From contig JAFUQS010000062.1 in the NCBI GenBank assembly GCA_017472225.1, positions 10,825-74,824 on the forward strand: a DNA stretch of 64,000 nucleotides, written 5' to 3'. The position numbers and the translations under genes were made by a program. The DNA comes from Clostridia bacterium (GTDB lineage Bacteria; Bacillota; Clostridia; Oscillospirales; Acutalibacteraceae). Positions 47,715 to 56,909 of this stretch are shown one piece after another. Below the pieces are notes generated by a model. That model worked only from the letters and a program-made list of their open reading frames with translations, was not told the DNA's origin and did not search any database. The stretch's first letter is position 1, and every line of letters starts with the position of its first letter.

Positions 47715-49163
47715 TTATACTTTTTCGCCGTAAACAATCCACGTTCTGGGATTGGTTACCTTAACATCGGTAAATGTACCGATAAGACTCTTTTCACCGG
47801 GGAATTCAATAATAACATTCCCCTCAGTTCTTCCTGAAAGCATACCCTCACCTTTTGCCTCGCCCTCAACAAGAACACGGTAGGTTCTTTCCTTCATTAA
47901 GGCAGTGCGCTCACCTGCTATTCTTTCCTGCAGGTCAGTCAGCTCCTTGAACCAAACACCCTTTTCTTTCCTTGAAACAGGATCAGGCATATCATAAGCC
48001 TTTGTTCCGGGTCTCGGTGAAAAAATAAAGGTGAAAAGTGAAGTGTATTTTACCCTTTCAATAAGAGAAAGTGTATCCTTGAATTCTTCATAGCTTTCAC
48101 CGGGAAAGCCGACTATTACATCACTTGTGACAGAAAGCTCGGGCATTTTTTTATAAGCATATTCAATAAGCTCAAGATATCTTTTTCTGTCATAGTGTCT
48201 GTTCATTTCCTTGAGAACTCTGTCATTTCCTGACTGAAAAGGCAGGTGCAGATGCTTGGCTACCTTATCGCACTCAGCCATTGCATCAAGCAGCTCAAAG
48301 GTACAATCTCTGGGATGAGAAGTCATGAAACGGATTATGAAATCGCCTTCAATTTCATTTATTGCCCTCAGAAGTGCAGGAAAGCGTTTTTCTTCAGGCA
48401 GATCCTTATTATATGAATTCACATTCTGACCAAGAAGCGTGATTTCCTTATAGCCTTGTGAAACGACCTCTTTCACTTCATTCATAACCGCATCAAAGTC
48501 ACGGCTTCTCTCTCTGCCTCTGACATAAGGAACAATACAGTATGAGCAAAAGTTGTTGCAGCCATACATAATGGGGATCCACGCCTTAAAGGTACCGTCA
48601 CGCCTGACGGGAATGCCCTCAACTATATTGCCGTCAGAATCGGTAACATCAATTACCCTCTTTCCTGTGCAAAGGCATTTATATATAAATTCGGGCAATT
48701 TATAGGAAACATGAGTTCCGAAAACCAAATCAACAAACGGATAGCTGTTTTTTAAGATTTCTGCAACACTTTTCTGCTGTGTCATACAGCCACACAAAGC
48801 AATTATCAGGTCCGGATTACTCTTTTTATATTGCTTTAATGCACCTACATTGCCGAAAACTCTGTCCTCAGCGTGCTCTCTTATGGCACAGGTATTATAT
48901 AAAACAAGGTCAGCATTTTCCGGCGTATCTGTAAATTCATAGCCCATTTCAGCCAACATACCCTTGAGTCTTTCACCGTCGGAAACATTCCCCTGACAGC
49001 CATATGTGTGAACAAAAGCTTTTGGCGCTTGTGTGAAACGGGAGGACAAAACTGTCCTTACCATTTCAGCATATTCCTTCTGCTTATCCAATTCCTTCTG
49101 AGGAACGGAGAATTTATCAATCAATATTACTACCTTCTTCTTTAAGTTTATCCGAAACAGCAA
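47715..49163 (-). CDS. miaB: tRNA-2-methylthio-N6-dimethylallyladenosine synthase
   Basis: HTYGCQGNVSD, radical-SAM CNNFCSYCIVP, TRAM domain. The track start overlaps whiA by 47 nt. An internal TTG at 49124 (8 nt overlap) is a more likely start. Confidence 0.9.
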   Translation of the reverse strand: MLFRINLKKKVVILIDKFSVPQKELDKQKEYAEMVRTVLSSRFTQAPKAFVHTYGCQGNVSDGERLKGMLAEMGYEFTDTPENADLVLYNTCAIREHAEDRVFGNVGALKQYKKSNPDLIIALCGCMTQQKSVAEILKNSYPFVDLVFGTHVSYKLPEFIYKCLCTGKRVIDVTDSDGNIVEGIPVRRDGTFKAWIPIMYGCNNFCSYCIVPYVRGRERSRDFDAVMNEVKEVVSQGYKEITLLGQNVNSYNKDLPEEKRFPALLRAINEIEGDFIIRFMTSHPRDCTFELLDAMAECDKVAKHLHLPFQSGNDRVLKEMNRHYDRKRYLELIEYAYKKMPELSVTSDVIVGFPGESYEEFKDTLSLIERVKYTSLFTFIFSPRPGTKAYDMPDPVSRKEKGVWFKELTDLQERIAGERTALMKERTYRVLVEGEAKGEGMLSGRTEGNVIIEFPGEKSLIGTFTDVKVTNPRTWIVYGEKV

Positions 49164-50058
49164 TGAGCCTTTTCAATCTGTGATTCACAGCCGAACGGCT
49201 CATGGGAGGCACACACATTTCACCGATTTCACGAAGACTTGCCTCTTCATTTTCAACCCGCAACCGTGCCACCTGCTTTAAATCATCACTGAGAGTCACA
49301 AAAACTCCCTTCTCTTTAAGAAACTCTATTGCGGAAACCTGATCAAAAGCTGCATCTGCAGTTCTGAGAAGATTTGCATTTTCAAAATTATTACGTCTGT
49401 TGGTCAGATTTCGGATATCCTTATAAATCTTAATGTTCATAATTTCCATCGAAGAATTTGAAGCCCCCATAATTGTCAGAAGATCTTCAATACTTTCACT
49501 GTCTTTGATGTAAATCACATTGACATATCTTCTGACCATGTGCTTCGCCTTAAGACCGTAATCTGTCAGCATTTTGAGAAGATCCATGCTCAATGTTTTA
49601 AAGGGTACAACAAATTCTATGTGATAGCTCTTATTCGGGTCAGATGCCGTTCCGCATGACAAAAAGGCTCCCCTTAAAAAAGCTGCATCGCAACAGTTGA
49701 AGCTTTCTTCACCGTCATATGCTTCATTTGAAAGGTTTCCTCTGTCAATTCTGAGAATCCGTTCATTTCCCGTTGAAGAAAAACATGAAAGAACCTTTTG
49801 TCTGTCCTCTTCCGAAGAAAAGTCCGCTGTTATTTTGCCCGCTTCGGAAACAAGCTTTGTTGCTCTGACTCCGCAAGCCCTTCCGGCAACCTCAATATAT
49901 TTATCCGCAACACCGTTGTGGTCTGTCATAAGAGAGATACCACCGAGGTTGAAGCTTCTTCCGAAAAGCAGCATACCATATGCCATTGCATGAACACAGC
50001 ATTCGGGCATATCTTCAATTTTTATAAGCTCATCTTTTATTTTTGACGAAAAAGACAT
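49117..50058 (-). CDS. whiA: DNA-binding protein WhiA
   Basis: 313 aa. MSFSSKIKDEL, LAGLIDADG-like repeats, C-terminal HTH SRSAVNHRLKRL. Confidence 0.92.
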   Translation of the reverse strand: MSFSSKIKDELIKIEDMPECCVHAMAYGMLLFGRSFNLGGISLMTDHNGVADKYIEVAGRACGVRATKLVSEAGKITADFSSEEDRQKVLSCFSSTGNERILRIDRGNLSNEAYDGEESFNCCDAAFLRGAFLSCGTASDPNKSYHIEFVVPFKTLSMDLLKMLTDYGLKAKHMVRRYVNVIYIKDSESIEDLLTIMGASNSSMEIMNIKIYKDIRNLTNRRNNFENANLLRTADAAFDQVSAIEFLKEKGVFVTLSDDLKQVARLRVENEEASLREIGEMCVPPMSRSAVNHRLKRLIAVSDKLKEEGSNID

Positions 50059-50083
50059 GATTTCCTCCTGCTGTAATTTTTTA

Positions 50084-50986
50084 TCATTCTATAACCTTGA
50101 TTTCGGTTTCAAGCTCAACACCGAATTTTTCTTTAACGGTATTCTGACAAAAGCTTATAAGCTCAAGAATATCAGTTGTTGTTGCGTTGTCATAATTGAT
50201 TATAAAGCCGGCGTGCTTTTCACTTACCATTGCACCGCCTATTCTTTTTCCTTTAAGTCCGCTCTGTTCAATAAGTGCCCCGGCAAAATAACCCTCCGGG
50301 CGCTTGAAGACACTTCCCGCACTCGGATATTCAAGAGGCTGCTTATCCTTACGTCTGCCGATAAGGTCACGCATTTTTTCTTCAATATCTTCCTTTTTAC
50401 CTTTTTTAAGCTTAAGAACGAGTGAAGTTATAACATAATCCGAATCGGAGTATACACTGTGTCTGTATGACAAATTAAGCTCTTCTTTTGAGAAGCTGCC
50501 CTTATTACCGTTTGAATCTATATGATTGCAACGCACCAGAACATCTTTCATTTCGCCGCCGTAAGCACCGGCATTCATAACAGCCGCACCACCGCACGAA
50601 CCGGGTATACCGTAAGCAAATTCAAGTCCTGTAAGCTCCTTTGAAAGTGCATATTTACAAAGAACGGAAAGATTTGTACCCGCACCGACCTCAATTGTAC
50701 ATTCGTCAATATCCTTAATATAATCAAAGCCTTTACCGATGTGGATAACAGGTCTTTCTTTTATTCCGTCATCACTGACAAGAAGATTGCTGCCGTTACC
50801 TAAAATAAAAGGCTTCAGAGACAAGCTTTTAGCCGTTTCAATGATTTTCACAAGCTCAGCTTCATCCTTCGCAGACACAAAAGCTGCAGCGGGTCCTCCT
50901 GTTTTGAAGGAGGTATGATTTTTCATTGGCTCATTTTCTGTATAGTCAATTCTGCTTTTTTCAAGCAATCTGATGAATTCAGTCAA
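50084..50986 (-). CDS. murB: UDP-N-acetylenolpyruvoylglucosamine reductase
   Basis: 300 aa. TSFKTGGPA, LGNGSNLL, AGSVFKRP. TTG start with SD GGAGGA 6 nt upstream. Confidence 0.94.
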   Translation of the reverse strand: MTEFIRLLEKSRIDYTENEPMKNHTSFKTGGPAAAFVSAKDEAELVKIIETAKSLSLKPFILGNGSNLLVSDDGIKERPVIHIGKGFDYIKDIDECTIEVGAGTNLSVLCKYALSKELTGLEFAYGIPGSCGGAAVMNAGAYGGEMKDVLVRCNHIDSNGNKGSFSKEELNLSYRHSVYSDSDYVITSLVLKLKKGKKEDIEEKMRDLIGRRKDKQPLEYPSAGSVFKRPEGYFAGALIEQSGLKGKRIGGAMVSEKHAGFIINYDNATTTDILELISFCQNTVKEKFGVELETEIKVIE

Positions 50987-51004
50987 GAGAATTCCTCCGT
51001 GAAA

Positions 51005-51955
51005 TTAGTATTGTACCAATGCAGCACCGATAATGCCTGCATCGTTGCCGAGAGTTGCTCTGCAAATCTGAGTCTGAACTTCCTGCTGCTTTGTATATCT
51101 CATTACAGCAACATGTTCTTCAATCGGCTTTAACAAGGTGTCACCTTCGTTGCAGATACCACCGCCGAAGCAAAGCATATCAGGCTGGAATGCATTGATT
51201 ACATTCGCAGTGCCGAGTGCAACATAATAAATATAATCGTCGCACACCTTTTTTGCATACTCATCGCCTAAGCGCATACCGTCAAATGCAGTTCTTCCGC
51301 CGGCATTTTCGATATCACCGTCACAAAGCTCCCACATCTTACTGTCCTTATGCTCAAGCATAGCCGCCTTTGTCTGGTTGACAAGTGCCGTTGCGGAAGC
51401 ATATCTTTCCCAGCATCCGACTCTGCCGCAATTACAGGGCTCGCCGTCAAACTTAATTACAACATGGCCCAATTCTCCGCCGCCGTCATTGCAGCCGGTG
51501 AGAAGCTTGCCGTCAAGCACGATGCCACTGCCGACACCTGTGCCAAGAGTAATGGCAATAAAGCTTTTCTTACCCTTACCGCAGCCGGCAATCGCCTCGC
51601 CTAAAGCGGCAGCATTTGCGTCATTTTCAAGATAAACCTTAACATTCGGTAACTGCTCATTTATATATCTGACAGCCGGTACATTATAAAAATCAAGATT
51701 ATTGGCATAAACAATTTCGCCCACAGATTTATCAACAGAACCCGGTGTGCCGATACCTACAGATTCAATTTCTTCAACCTTTATGCCTGCATCCTCAGCA
51801 GCTGCATAGATACACTTGACGATATCATCAAAAATTTCCTTTGCAGGACGAGGCATATTTGTTTTTGCCTTACCTGTGCCAATAATTTCATATTTATCGT
51901 TAATAACGCCGACGGCAATATTTGTTCCGCCTAAATCTACTCCAACTTTATACAT
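51005..51955 (-). CDS. glcK: ROK-family glucokinase
   Basis: VGVDLGGTNI, ENDANAAALGE, CNCGRVGCWE. ATG 51955 follows SD GAGGTG by 6 nt, and the track GTG 51964 lies inside the SD. Confidence 0.88.
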   Translation of the reverse strand: MYKVGVDLGGTNIAVGVINDKYEIIGTGKAKTNMPRPAKEIFDDIVKCIYAAAEDAGIKVEEIESVGIGTPGSVDKSVGEIVYANNLDFYNVPAVRYINEQLPNVKVYLENDANAAALGEAIAGCGKGKKSFIAITLGTGVGSGIVLDGKLLTGCNDGGGELGHVVIKFDGEPCNCGRVGCWERYASATALVNQTKAAMLEHKDSKMWELCDGDIENAGGRTAFDGMRLGDEYAKKVCDDYIYYVALGTANVINAFQPDMLCFGGGICNEGDTLLKPIEEHVAVMRYTKQQEVQTQICRATLGNDAGIIGAALVQY

Positions 51956-51967
51956 TTGAATCACCTC

Positions 51968-52936
51968 TTAAAAATTTCCCCACAGCTTGATTTCATCTTC
52001 CTGCGGAATAATATCTTCGTCCATACCAAGATTGTGCATAAGCTCTCTTGCAGCATTGTAGCCCATCTTTTTCTGACGGTTGTTCATAGCCGCAATTTCG
52101 ATAATAACAGCAAGGTTTCTGCCCGGCTTTACGGGCACCACAGTATAAGGAACCTTGATACCGAGAATTTCAGTATATTCATTCTCTATACCCATTCTGT
52201 CATATACCTTTTCACTGTCCCAGGGTTCAAGCTGAATTACCATATCAATCTTTTCATTAAGCTTAACGGCACCCATACCGAAAATACGGCGGGCATTGAT
52301 AATACCGATACCACGAAGCTCAATGAAATGCCTGATGTTATCAGGTGCAGAGCCGACAATTGTACGTGAGCTTGTCTTTTTGATTTCAACGGCATCGTCG
52401 GCAATAAGTCTGTGTCCTCTTTTGATAAGCTCAACTGCCGCTTCACTCTTACCGACACCACTGTCACCAAGAATGAGAACGCCCTCACCGTAAACTTCAA
52501 CAAAAACACCATGACGAGTGATTCTTTCAGCAAGCTCAACATTAAGATAAGAAATAATTGATGCCATTGAGCGTGAGGTTGTATCCGTGGTTTTGAGAAC
52601 AGGGACACCGTACTTGGGAGCTAAATCCAATATAGGCTTCGGGCAATCAAGACTTCTTGCAACTATTATGCAGGCGGGCTGCTTTGACATATATTTTTCA
52701 ACCTTTTTATAGCCCTCTTCTTCATGAAAGCTGTTGACATACTCAACCTCTGCTTTTCCCATAAAGTTGATTCTTGCACTGTCAAAGAAATTATCGTATC
52801 CGGCTATAGTGAGACCGGGTCTGTGAACATCAGGAGAGGAAATAAAAATCTCCGACGGATCCTTGGGCAAATATAAGGTTTCAAACTGATTTTCCTTGAG
52901 TATTTTTGCAAGGGAAACAGAATATTTCGCTGCCAT
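51968..52936 (-). CDS. hprK: HPr kinase/phosphorylase
   Basis: HGVFVEVYGEGVLILGDSGVGKSE, ADDAVEI, ELRGIGI. ATG 52936 follows SD GGAGGTG. The track extension to 53008 covers the promoter. Confidence 0.93.
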   Translation of the reverse strand: MAAKYSVSLAKILKENQFETLYLPKDPSEIFISSPDVHRPGLTIAGYDNFFDSARINFMGKAEVEYVNSFHEEEGYKKVEKYMSKQPACIIVARSLDCPKPILDLAPKYGVPVLKTTDTTSRSMASIISYLNVELAERITRHGVFVEVYGEGVLILGDSGVGKSEAAVELIKRGHRLIADDAVEIKKTSSRTIVGSAPDNIRHFIELRGIGIINARRIFGMGAVKLNEKIDMVIQLEPWDSEKVYDRMGIENEYTEILGIKVPYTVVPVKPGRNLAVIIEIAAMNNRQKKMGYNAARELMHNLGMDEDIIPQEDEIKLWGNF

Positions 52937-52979
52937 ATTGCACCTCCAAGCGTACTTCTGTACATAATTATACTGATAC

Positions 52980-53008
52980 ATTATATAACAAAAAAAATAA
53001 TATGCCAA
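52980..53008 (-). promoter_or_regulatory. Sigma-A type promoter upstream of hprK
   Basis: Minus-sense TTGGCA, 17 nt spacer, TATAAT. Confidence 0.6.
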
Positions 53009-53075
53009 CTGTTTTGAGAGATTTTTTTTGAATTTATTTTAAATTTTTCCGATAAAAGCTGAAGAGAAGTGAAAA

Positions 53076-53113
53076 GCAGGTGATTCTGCACCACGAATGC
53101 AAAAATCACCTGC
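53076..53113 (-). terminator. Stem-loop terminator downstream of the lyase gene
   Basis: GCAGGTGATT-18 nt-AATCACCTGC, followed by UUUU in the minus sense. Confidence 0.65.
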
Positions 53114-53132
53114 CATATATATTCTTTTATTC

Positions 53133-54581
53133 TTACTGATCCTCACCGAAGTCAGCGATATAAGCCTCAATGAGCTTTTCTGGCCAATCTGATACAGGCT
53201 CAAGCTTACCTGTGAAGAAGCGGAGAGTCTTGGGCTCATGAACAAATCTGAGTCCACCGATAAGATGTCTGTGATCATACACCCATTTTACACGGTCAAT
53301 AACATATTCTGTCTGTGACAATGTGAACACTCTGCGAGGGAAGGCAAGACGAACCATTTCAACAGATGCAATATGCTCCGTTCCGTCCGGATTTCTTTCT
53401 TCTGACAAAGTACCTCTTTCCATGCCACGGATACCGCCACAAAGATATAAAGCAGCAACAAGCGAGCCTGCGGGATATTCTTCGGAAGGAATGTGACTTA
53501 CAACCTCACGGGCATCAATGTGGGCACCTAAGCCGCCGCCCGGTGTAATCATCGGCACACCACATTCGTCAAGCTCTCTTACACAATGGTCAATAAACTG
53601 AGGTGCCTGAGAAATAACATCCAGATCCATTGTCTCCTCAAATCCGACAGTCATTGCTTCCATTTCTTTAACGGACATACCGCCATAGGTAAGGAAGCCT
53701 TCAAACATTGTGATATAATCTTCCATTTCATGGAAAAGCTTTTCGTCACGGACAAGAATTCCGCCACCTCTGCCGAAGCCGAACTTACGGGCAGAGAAAT
53801 AAATAATATCAAACAAATCAGCAACCATACGGGTAATTTCACGTATGGATTTATCCTTCATTGATTCTTCACGGGTTTTGATAAAATAAAGATTATCCTG
53901 AAGCAAGGATGCATCGAGAATGGTAAGGATACCATGCTCTTTGGCAAGCTCGGTTGCCTGCTTCATGTTTTCGTATGAAATCGGCTGACCGCCGATAAGG
54001 TTTGTACCCGCTTCAAGGCGCATATATGCGATATTGTCTGCACCCTCACGCTCAATGCAAGCCTTAACCTTATCAAGGTCAATGTTTCCCTTAAAGGGCA
54101 GGTTGCTTTTTGCAATAAGGCCCTCATCCTTAACGAGCTCTTCAACTCTTGCACCAAGGCGTGTAACATGAGCCTTTGAGGTGGTAAAGTGATAATTCAT
54201 AATGATGCAGTTATCCGGCTTCACAAAATGCTGAGCAATTATGTGCTCACAGGCACGGCCCTGATGTGTCGGAAGCAGATACTTGATTCCGAAAATTTCT
54301 TCAAGCTTATCACGCATACGGTAGAAGGTTTCGCTGCCGGCATATGCATCATCTGCACGAAGCATTGCTGACTGCATATTGTCACTCATTGCGTTAACAC
54401 CTGAGTCGGTAAGCATATCCATAAAAATATCTCCGTTATGGAGAAGGAATGTATTGAAACCTGCTTCCTGCATTTTCGCAAGTCTTTCTCTTGCAGGTAA
54501 TAAATTGAGCTTCTGAACGATTTTAACCTTGTGCATTTCCATAGGAACCGGTTTGCGACTGTAAAATTTAACTTTTGGCAT
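53133..54581 (-). CDS. Beta-eliminating lyase family enzyme (tryptophanase / tyrosine phenol-lyase type, PLP-dependent)
   Basis: 482 aa from ATG 54581 (SD GGAGGAAG). EAGFNTFLL, DMLTDSGVNAMSD, DDAYAGSETFY, PTHQGR, PLP-lysine region FSARKFG, EPKTLRFFTGKL. It aligns along its full length to my recollection of E. coli TnaA. Confidence 0.8.
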   Translation of the reverse strand: MPKVKFYSRKPVPMEMHKVKIVQKLNLLPARERLAKMQEAGFNTFLLHNGDIFMDMLTDSGVNAMSDNMQSAMLRADDAYAGSETFYRMRDKLEEIFGIKYLLPTHQGRACEHIIAQHFVKPDNCIIMNYHFTTSKAHVTRLGARVEELVKDEGLIAKSNLPFKGNIDLDKVKACIEREGADNIAYMRLEAGTNLIGGQPISYENMKQATELAKEHGILTILDASLLQDNLYFIKTREESMKDKSIREITRMVADLFDIIYFSARKFGFGRGGGILVRDEKLFHEMEDYITMFEGFLTYGGMSVKEMEAMTVGFEETMDLDVISQAPQFIDHCVRELDECGVPMITPGGGLGAHIDAREVVSHIPSEEYPAGSLVAALYLCGGIRGMERGTLSEERNPDGTEHIASVEMVRLAFPRRVFTLSQTEYVIDRVKWVYDHRHLIGGLRFVHEPKTLRFFTGKLEPVSDWPEKLIEAYIADFGEDQ

Positions 54582-54619
54582 TTTATCTTCCTCCGAGGTC
54601 TTGTCATTTAACATGAATT

Positions 54620-54648
54620 AGTATATAATGACTCTTACGATTAGTCAA
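54620..54648 (-). promoter_or_regulatory. Sigma-A type promoter of the lyase gene
   Basis: Minus-sense TTGACT (54643-54648), 17 nt spacer, TATACT (54620-54625). Confidence 0.55.
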
Positions 54649-54651
54649 ACT

Positions 54652-54682
54652 GATGTTTTCGATAACAACAATCGAAAACATC
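54652..54682. promoter_or_regulatory. Perfect 12 bp inverted repeat; candidate LysR-type operator
   Basis: GATGTTTTCGAT-AACAACA-ATCGAAAACATC, immediately upstream of the lyase -35 and inside the divergent intergenic region shared with the LysR gene. Confidence 0.55.
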
Positions 54683-54714
54683 GATGTTAAAACATATCAA
54701 CAGAGGTAAACGCT

Positions 54715-55605
54715 ATGGAAATAAGAAATCTTATCACTTTCGTTCATGTGGCTGAATTAAACAGCTTCACAAAAGCGGCACATATACTTGATTATTCACA
54801 ATCTACCGTGTCTTTTCAGATAAAACAGCTTGAAACCGAATTGGATTGCCTGTTGTTTGAGAGGATAAACCATACCATCTCCTTAACCGAAGAAGGCAGA
54901 AAGCTGCTTAAGTATGCACAGAACATAACTCAGCTTACAGACGAATTCAATCAGAACCGCAATGCTGCAACTTCATTGAACGGATTTATTCATGTTGTCA
55001 CACCGGATTCTGTGTGTGAGGATATGATGGCAACAAACTATGCAGATTTTCACAAGCACTACCCCGGTATCCGACTGAAATTCACCACGGCTGATACCGA
55101 TGATATGTTCCGTATGCTTAACCACAATGAAGCTGACCTTATGCTGACACTGGATAATCACATATATCAGAACGATTATGTGATTGCAAAAGAAGAACAG
55201 GTCAAAATGCACTTTGTTACAGGCGTAAGCTCACCTTATGCAACGGAAAAGGAGCTTGCTATCCGTGACATTGCACATGAGCCTTTTATTCTGACGGAAA
55301 AGGGCATGGGCTATCGACGGGTTTTTGATAAAGCACTTGCAAAGCAATCCTTGGAAATTCAGCCTGTGCTTGAAATCGGCAGAACAGATATAATCACCGA
55401 TGTTTTGTCAAAAGGTATCGGCATATCATTTTTACCCGATTTTGTTACAGACAAGGCAATCAGAGACGGAAGGCTCGTATATCTGAATGTCACCGATATC
55501 AAAACAGATATATGGAAGCAGCTGATATATCACCGCAACAAATGGATTTCACAAAGCATGAATGCATTGATAGAATACATCAAAAAAATGGAATTCAAAA
55601 ATTAA
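54715..55605 (+). CDS. LysR-family transcriptional regulator
   Basis: 296 aa. N-terminal wHTH LITFVHVAELNSFTKAAHILDYSQSTVSFQIKQLE plus a substrate-binding domain. Confidence 0.9.
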   Translation: MEIRNLITFVHVAELNSFTKAAHILDYSQSTVSFQIKQLETELDCLLFERINHTISLTEEGRKLLKYAQNITQLTDEFNQNRNAATSLNGFIHVVTPDSVCEDMMATNYADFHKHYPGIRLKFTTADTDDMFRMLNHNEADLMLTLDNHIYQNDYVIAKEEQVKMHFVTGVSSPYATEKELAIRDIAHEPFILTEKGMGYRRVFDKALAKQSLEIQPVLEIGRTDIITDVLSKGIGISFLPDFVTDKAIRDGRLVYLNVTDIKTDIWKQLIYHRNKWISQSMNALIEYIKKMEFKN

Positions 55606-55609
55606 AAGA

Positions 55610-55650
55610 ACGGAGCCGTAAATCATTTAGACATACGGCTCCGTATTTTT
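55610..55650. terminator. Bidirectional intrinsic terminator
   Basis: ACGGAGCCGT-15 nt-ACGGCTCCGT followed by ATTTTT. Confidence 0.7.
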
Positions 55651-56905
55651 AAATTATAACTCTTTCCTTTTCTTCACGTTGCTTTCTGAGAAGCATCTGA
55701 CCTTCAAGGGGTGTTTCACATTCAAATGTGAAATTCATCATGGGATGCCTTGTTGAGTCTATAGCCTCCCCTTCTTCATTTCTGAGGTTCAACGCTTTAA
55801 TTGTAAAGGGCTTTTTCCCTGCCGCCATACATTCAAGCTCATCACCTTCAAAAAAGCGATTACGTTGTGAACAGTAAGCGACTCCGTTTTCCCATTTTTC
55901 CACAACAGCCATGACATCCCATTCCCGGTTATAGCCGCCCTTATAGCTGATCTGAGCGTTATCTGACGGGTCATCATAGAAAAAGCCTGTGCAGTAATCA
56001 CGGTAGCTCACCTTATGCATTTCATCAAGAATCCATTGCTCCGGCTTAAAATCGGGGGTGGGATTTTCAAAATAAGCATCAATCGCCATTCTGTATGCAT
56101 TGGTCACAACAGCAACATAATAAGCAGATTTTGCTCTGCCCTCAATTTTAAAGCTTGTAATACCTGCATCAATCATTTCAGGTATATGCTCAATCATGCA
56201 CATATCCTTTGAATTGAGAATGTATGTTCCGCCCTCGTCCTCACCAACGGGGAAATATTGACCCGGTCTTTTTTCTTCAACAAGGCGATAATTCCAGCGA
56301 CAGGGCTGAGCACACTCTCCTCTGTTGGCATCCCTGTTAACAAGATAATTTGATATGAGGCATCTTCCGGAAAAGGAAACACACATTGCACCGTGAACAA
56401 AGCACTCAATATCCATATCATCGGGGATATTATCTCTGAGTGAGCGGATTTCACTCATTTTGAGTTCTCTTGCAGTAACAACTCTTTTTGCACCAAGGTT
56501 GTAAAACGCATTTGCAGCAGCATAATTGACAATTCCGGACTGAGTTGAAATGTGAATTTCAGTATCCGGTGCATATTTTTTTGCATATTCAAGAACACCC
56601 AGGTCAGAGATAATCAGTGCATCAACTCCTGCACTGACAGCATTTTGCAAAAAAGACGGCAACTGCTCAAGCTCATCATTCCTCGGGAGCACATTACATG
56701 TGAGATACACCTTCACACCGTGAGAATGGGCATATTCCACAGCCTTATGCAACTCTTCATCCGTGAAATTGGCAGGGCCTGCTCTCATACCAAAAACAGT
56801 GCCGCCGAGGTACACTGCATCAGCACCGTATCTGACAGCGGCTTCTAATCTTTCCATATCACCAGCCGGAGCTAAAAGCTCCGGCTTTCTGATTACTTTG
56901 TTCAT
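55649..56905 (-). CDS. U32-family peptidase-like protein (YrrN/YrrO / TrhP-like)
   Basis: 418 aa from ATG 56905 (SD GGAGGC 7 nt upstream); the track start 57145 is inside mltG. PELLAPAGD, GADAVYLGG, E-x-F-x-HGAMC motif (CFVHGAMCVSFSGRC). Confidence 0.85.
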   Translation of the reverse strand: MNKVIRKPELLAPAGDMERLEAAVRYGADAVYLGGTVFGMRAGPANFTDEELHKAVEYAHSHGVKVYLTCNVLPRNDELEQLPSFLQNAVSAGVDALIISDLGVLEYAKKYAPDTEIHISTQSGIVNYAAANAFYNLGAKRVVTARELKMSEIRSLRDNIPDDMDIECFVHGAMCVSFSGRCLISNYLVNRDANRGECAQPCRWNYRLVEEKRPGQYFPVGEDEGGTYILNSKDMCMIEHIPEMIDAGITSFKIEGRAKSAYYVAVVTNAYRMAIDAYFENPTPDFKPEQWILDEMHKVSYRDYCTGFFYDDPSDNAQISYKGGYNREWDVMAVVEKWENGVAYCSQRNRFFEGDELECMAAGKKPFTIKALNLRNEEGEAIDSTRHPMMNFTFECETPLEGQMLLRKQREEKERVII

Positions 56906-56909
56906 TCCT

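Noticed and set aside
49117-49163. 47 nt overlap between whiA and miaB, suggesting a frameshift or programmed event
   Set aside because: It is more simply explained by an over-called miaB start. An in-frame TTG at 49124 gives an 8 nt overlap and a normal MiaB N-terminus.
53039-53278. 79 aa minus-strand ORF overlapping the lyase terminator and 3' end
   Set aside because: It overlaps the well-supported lyase CDS in another frame and spans an intrinsic terminator, so there is no support for it.
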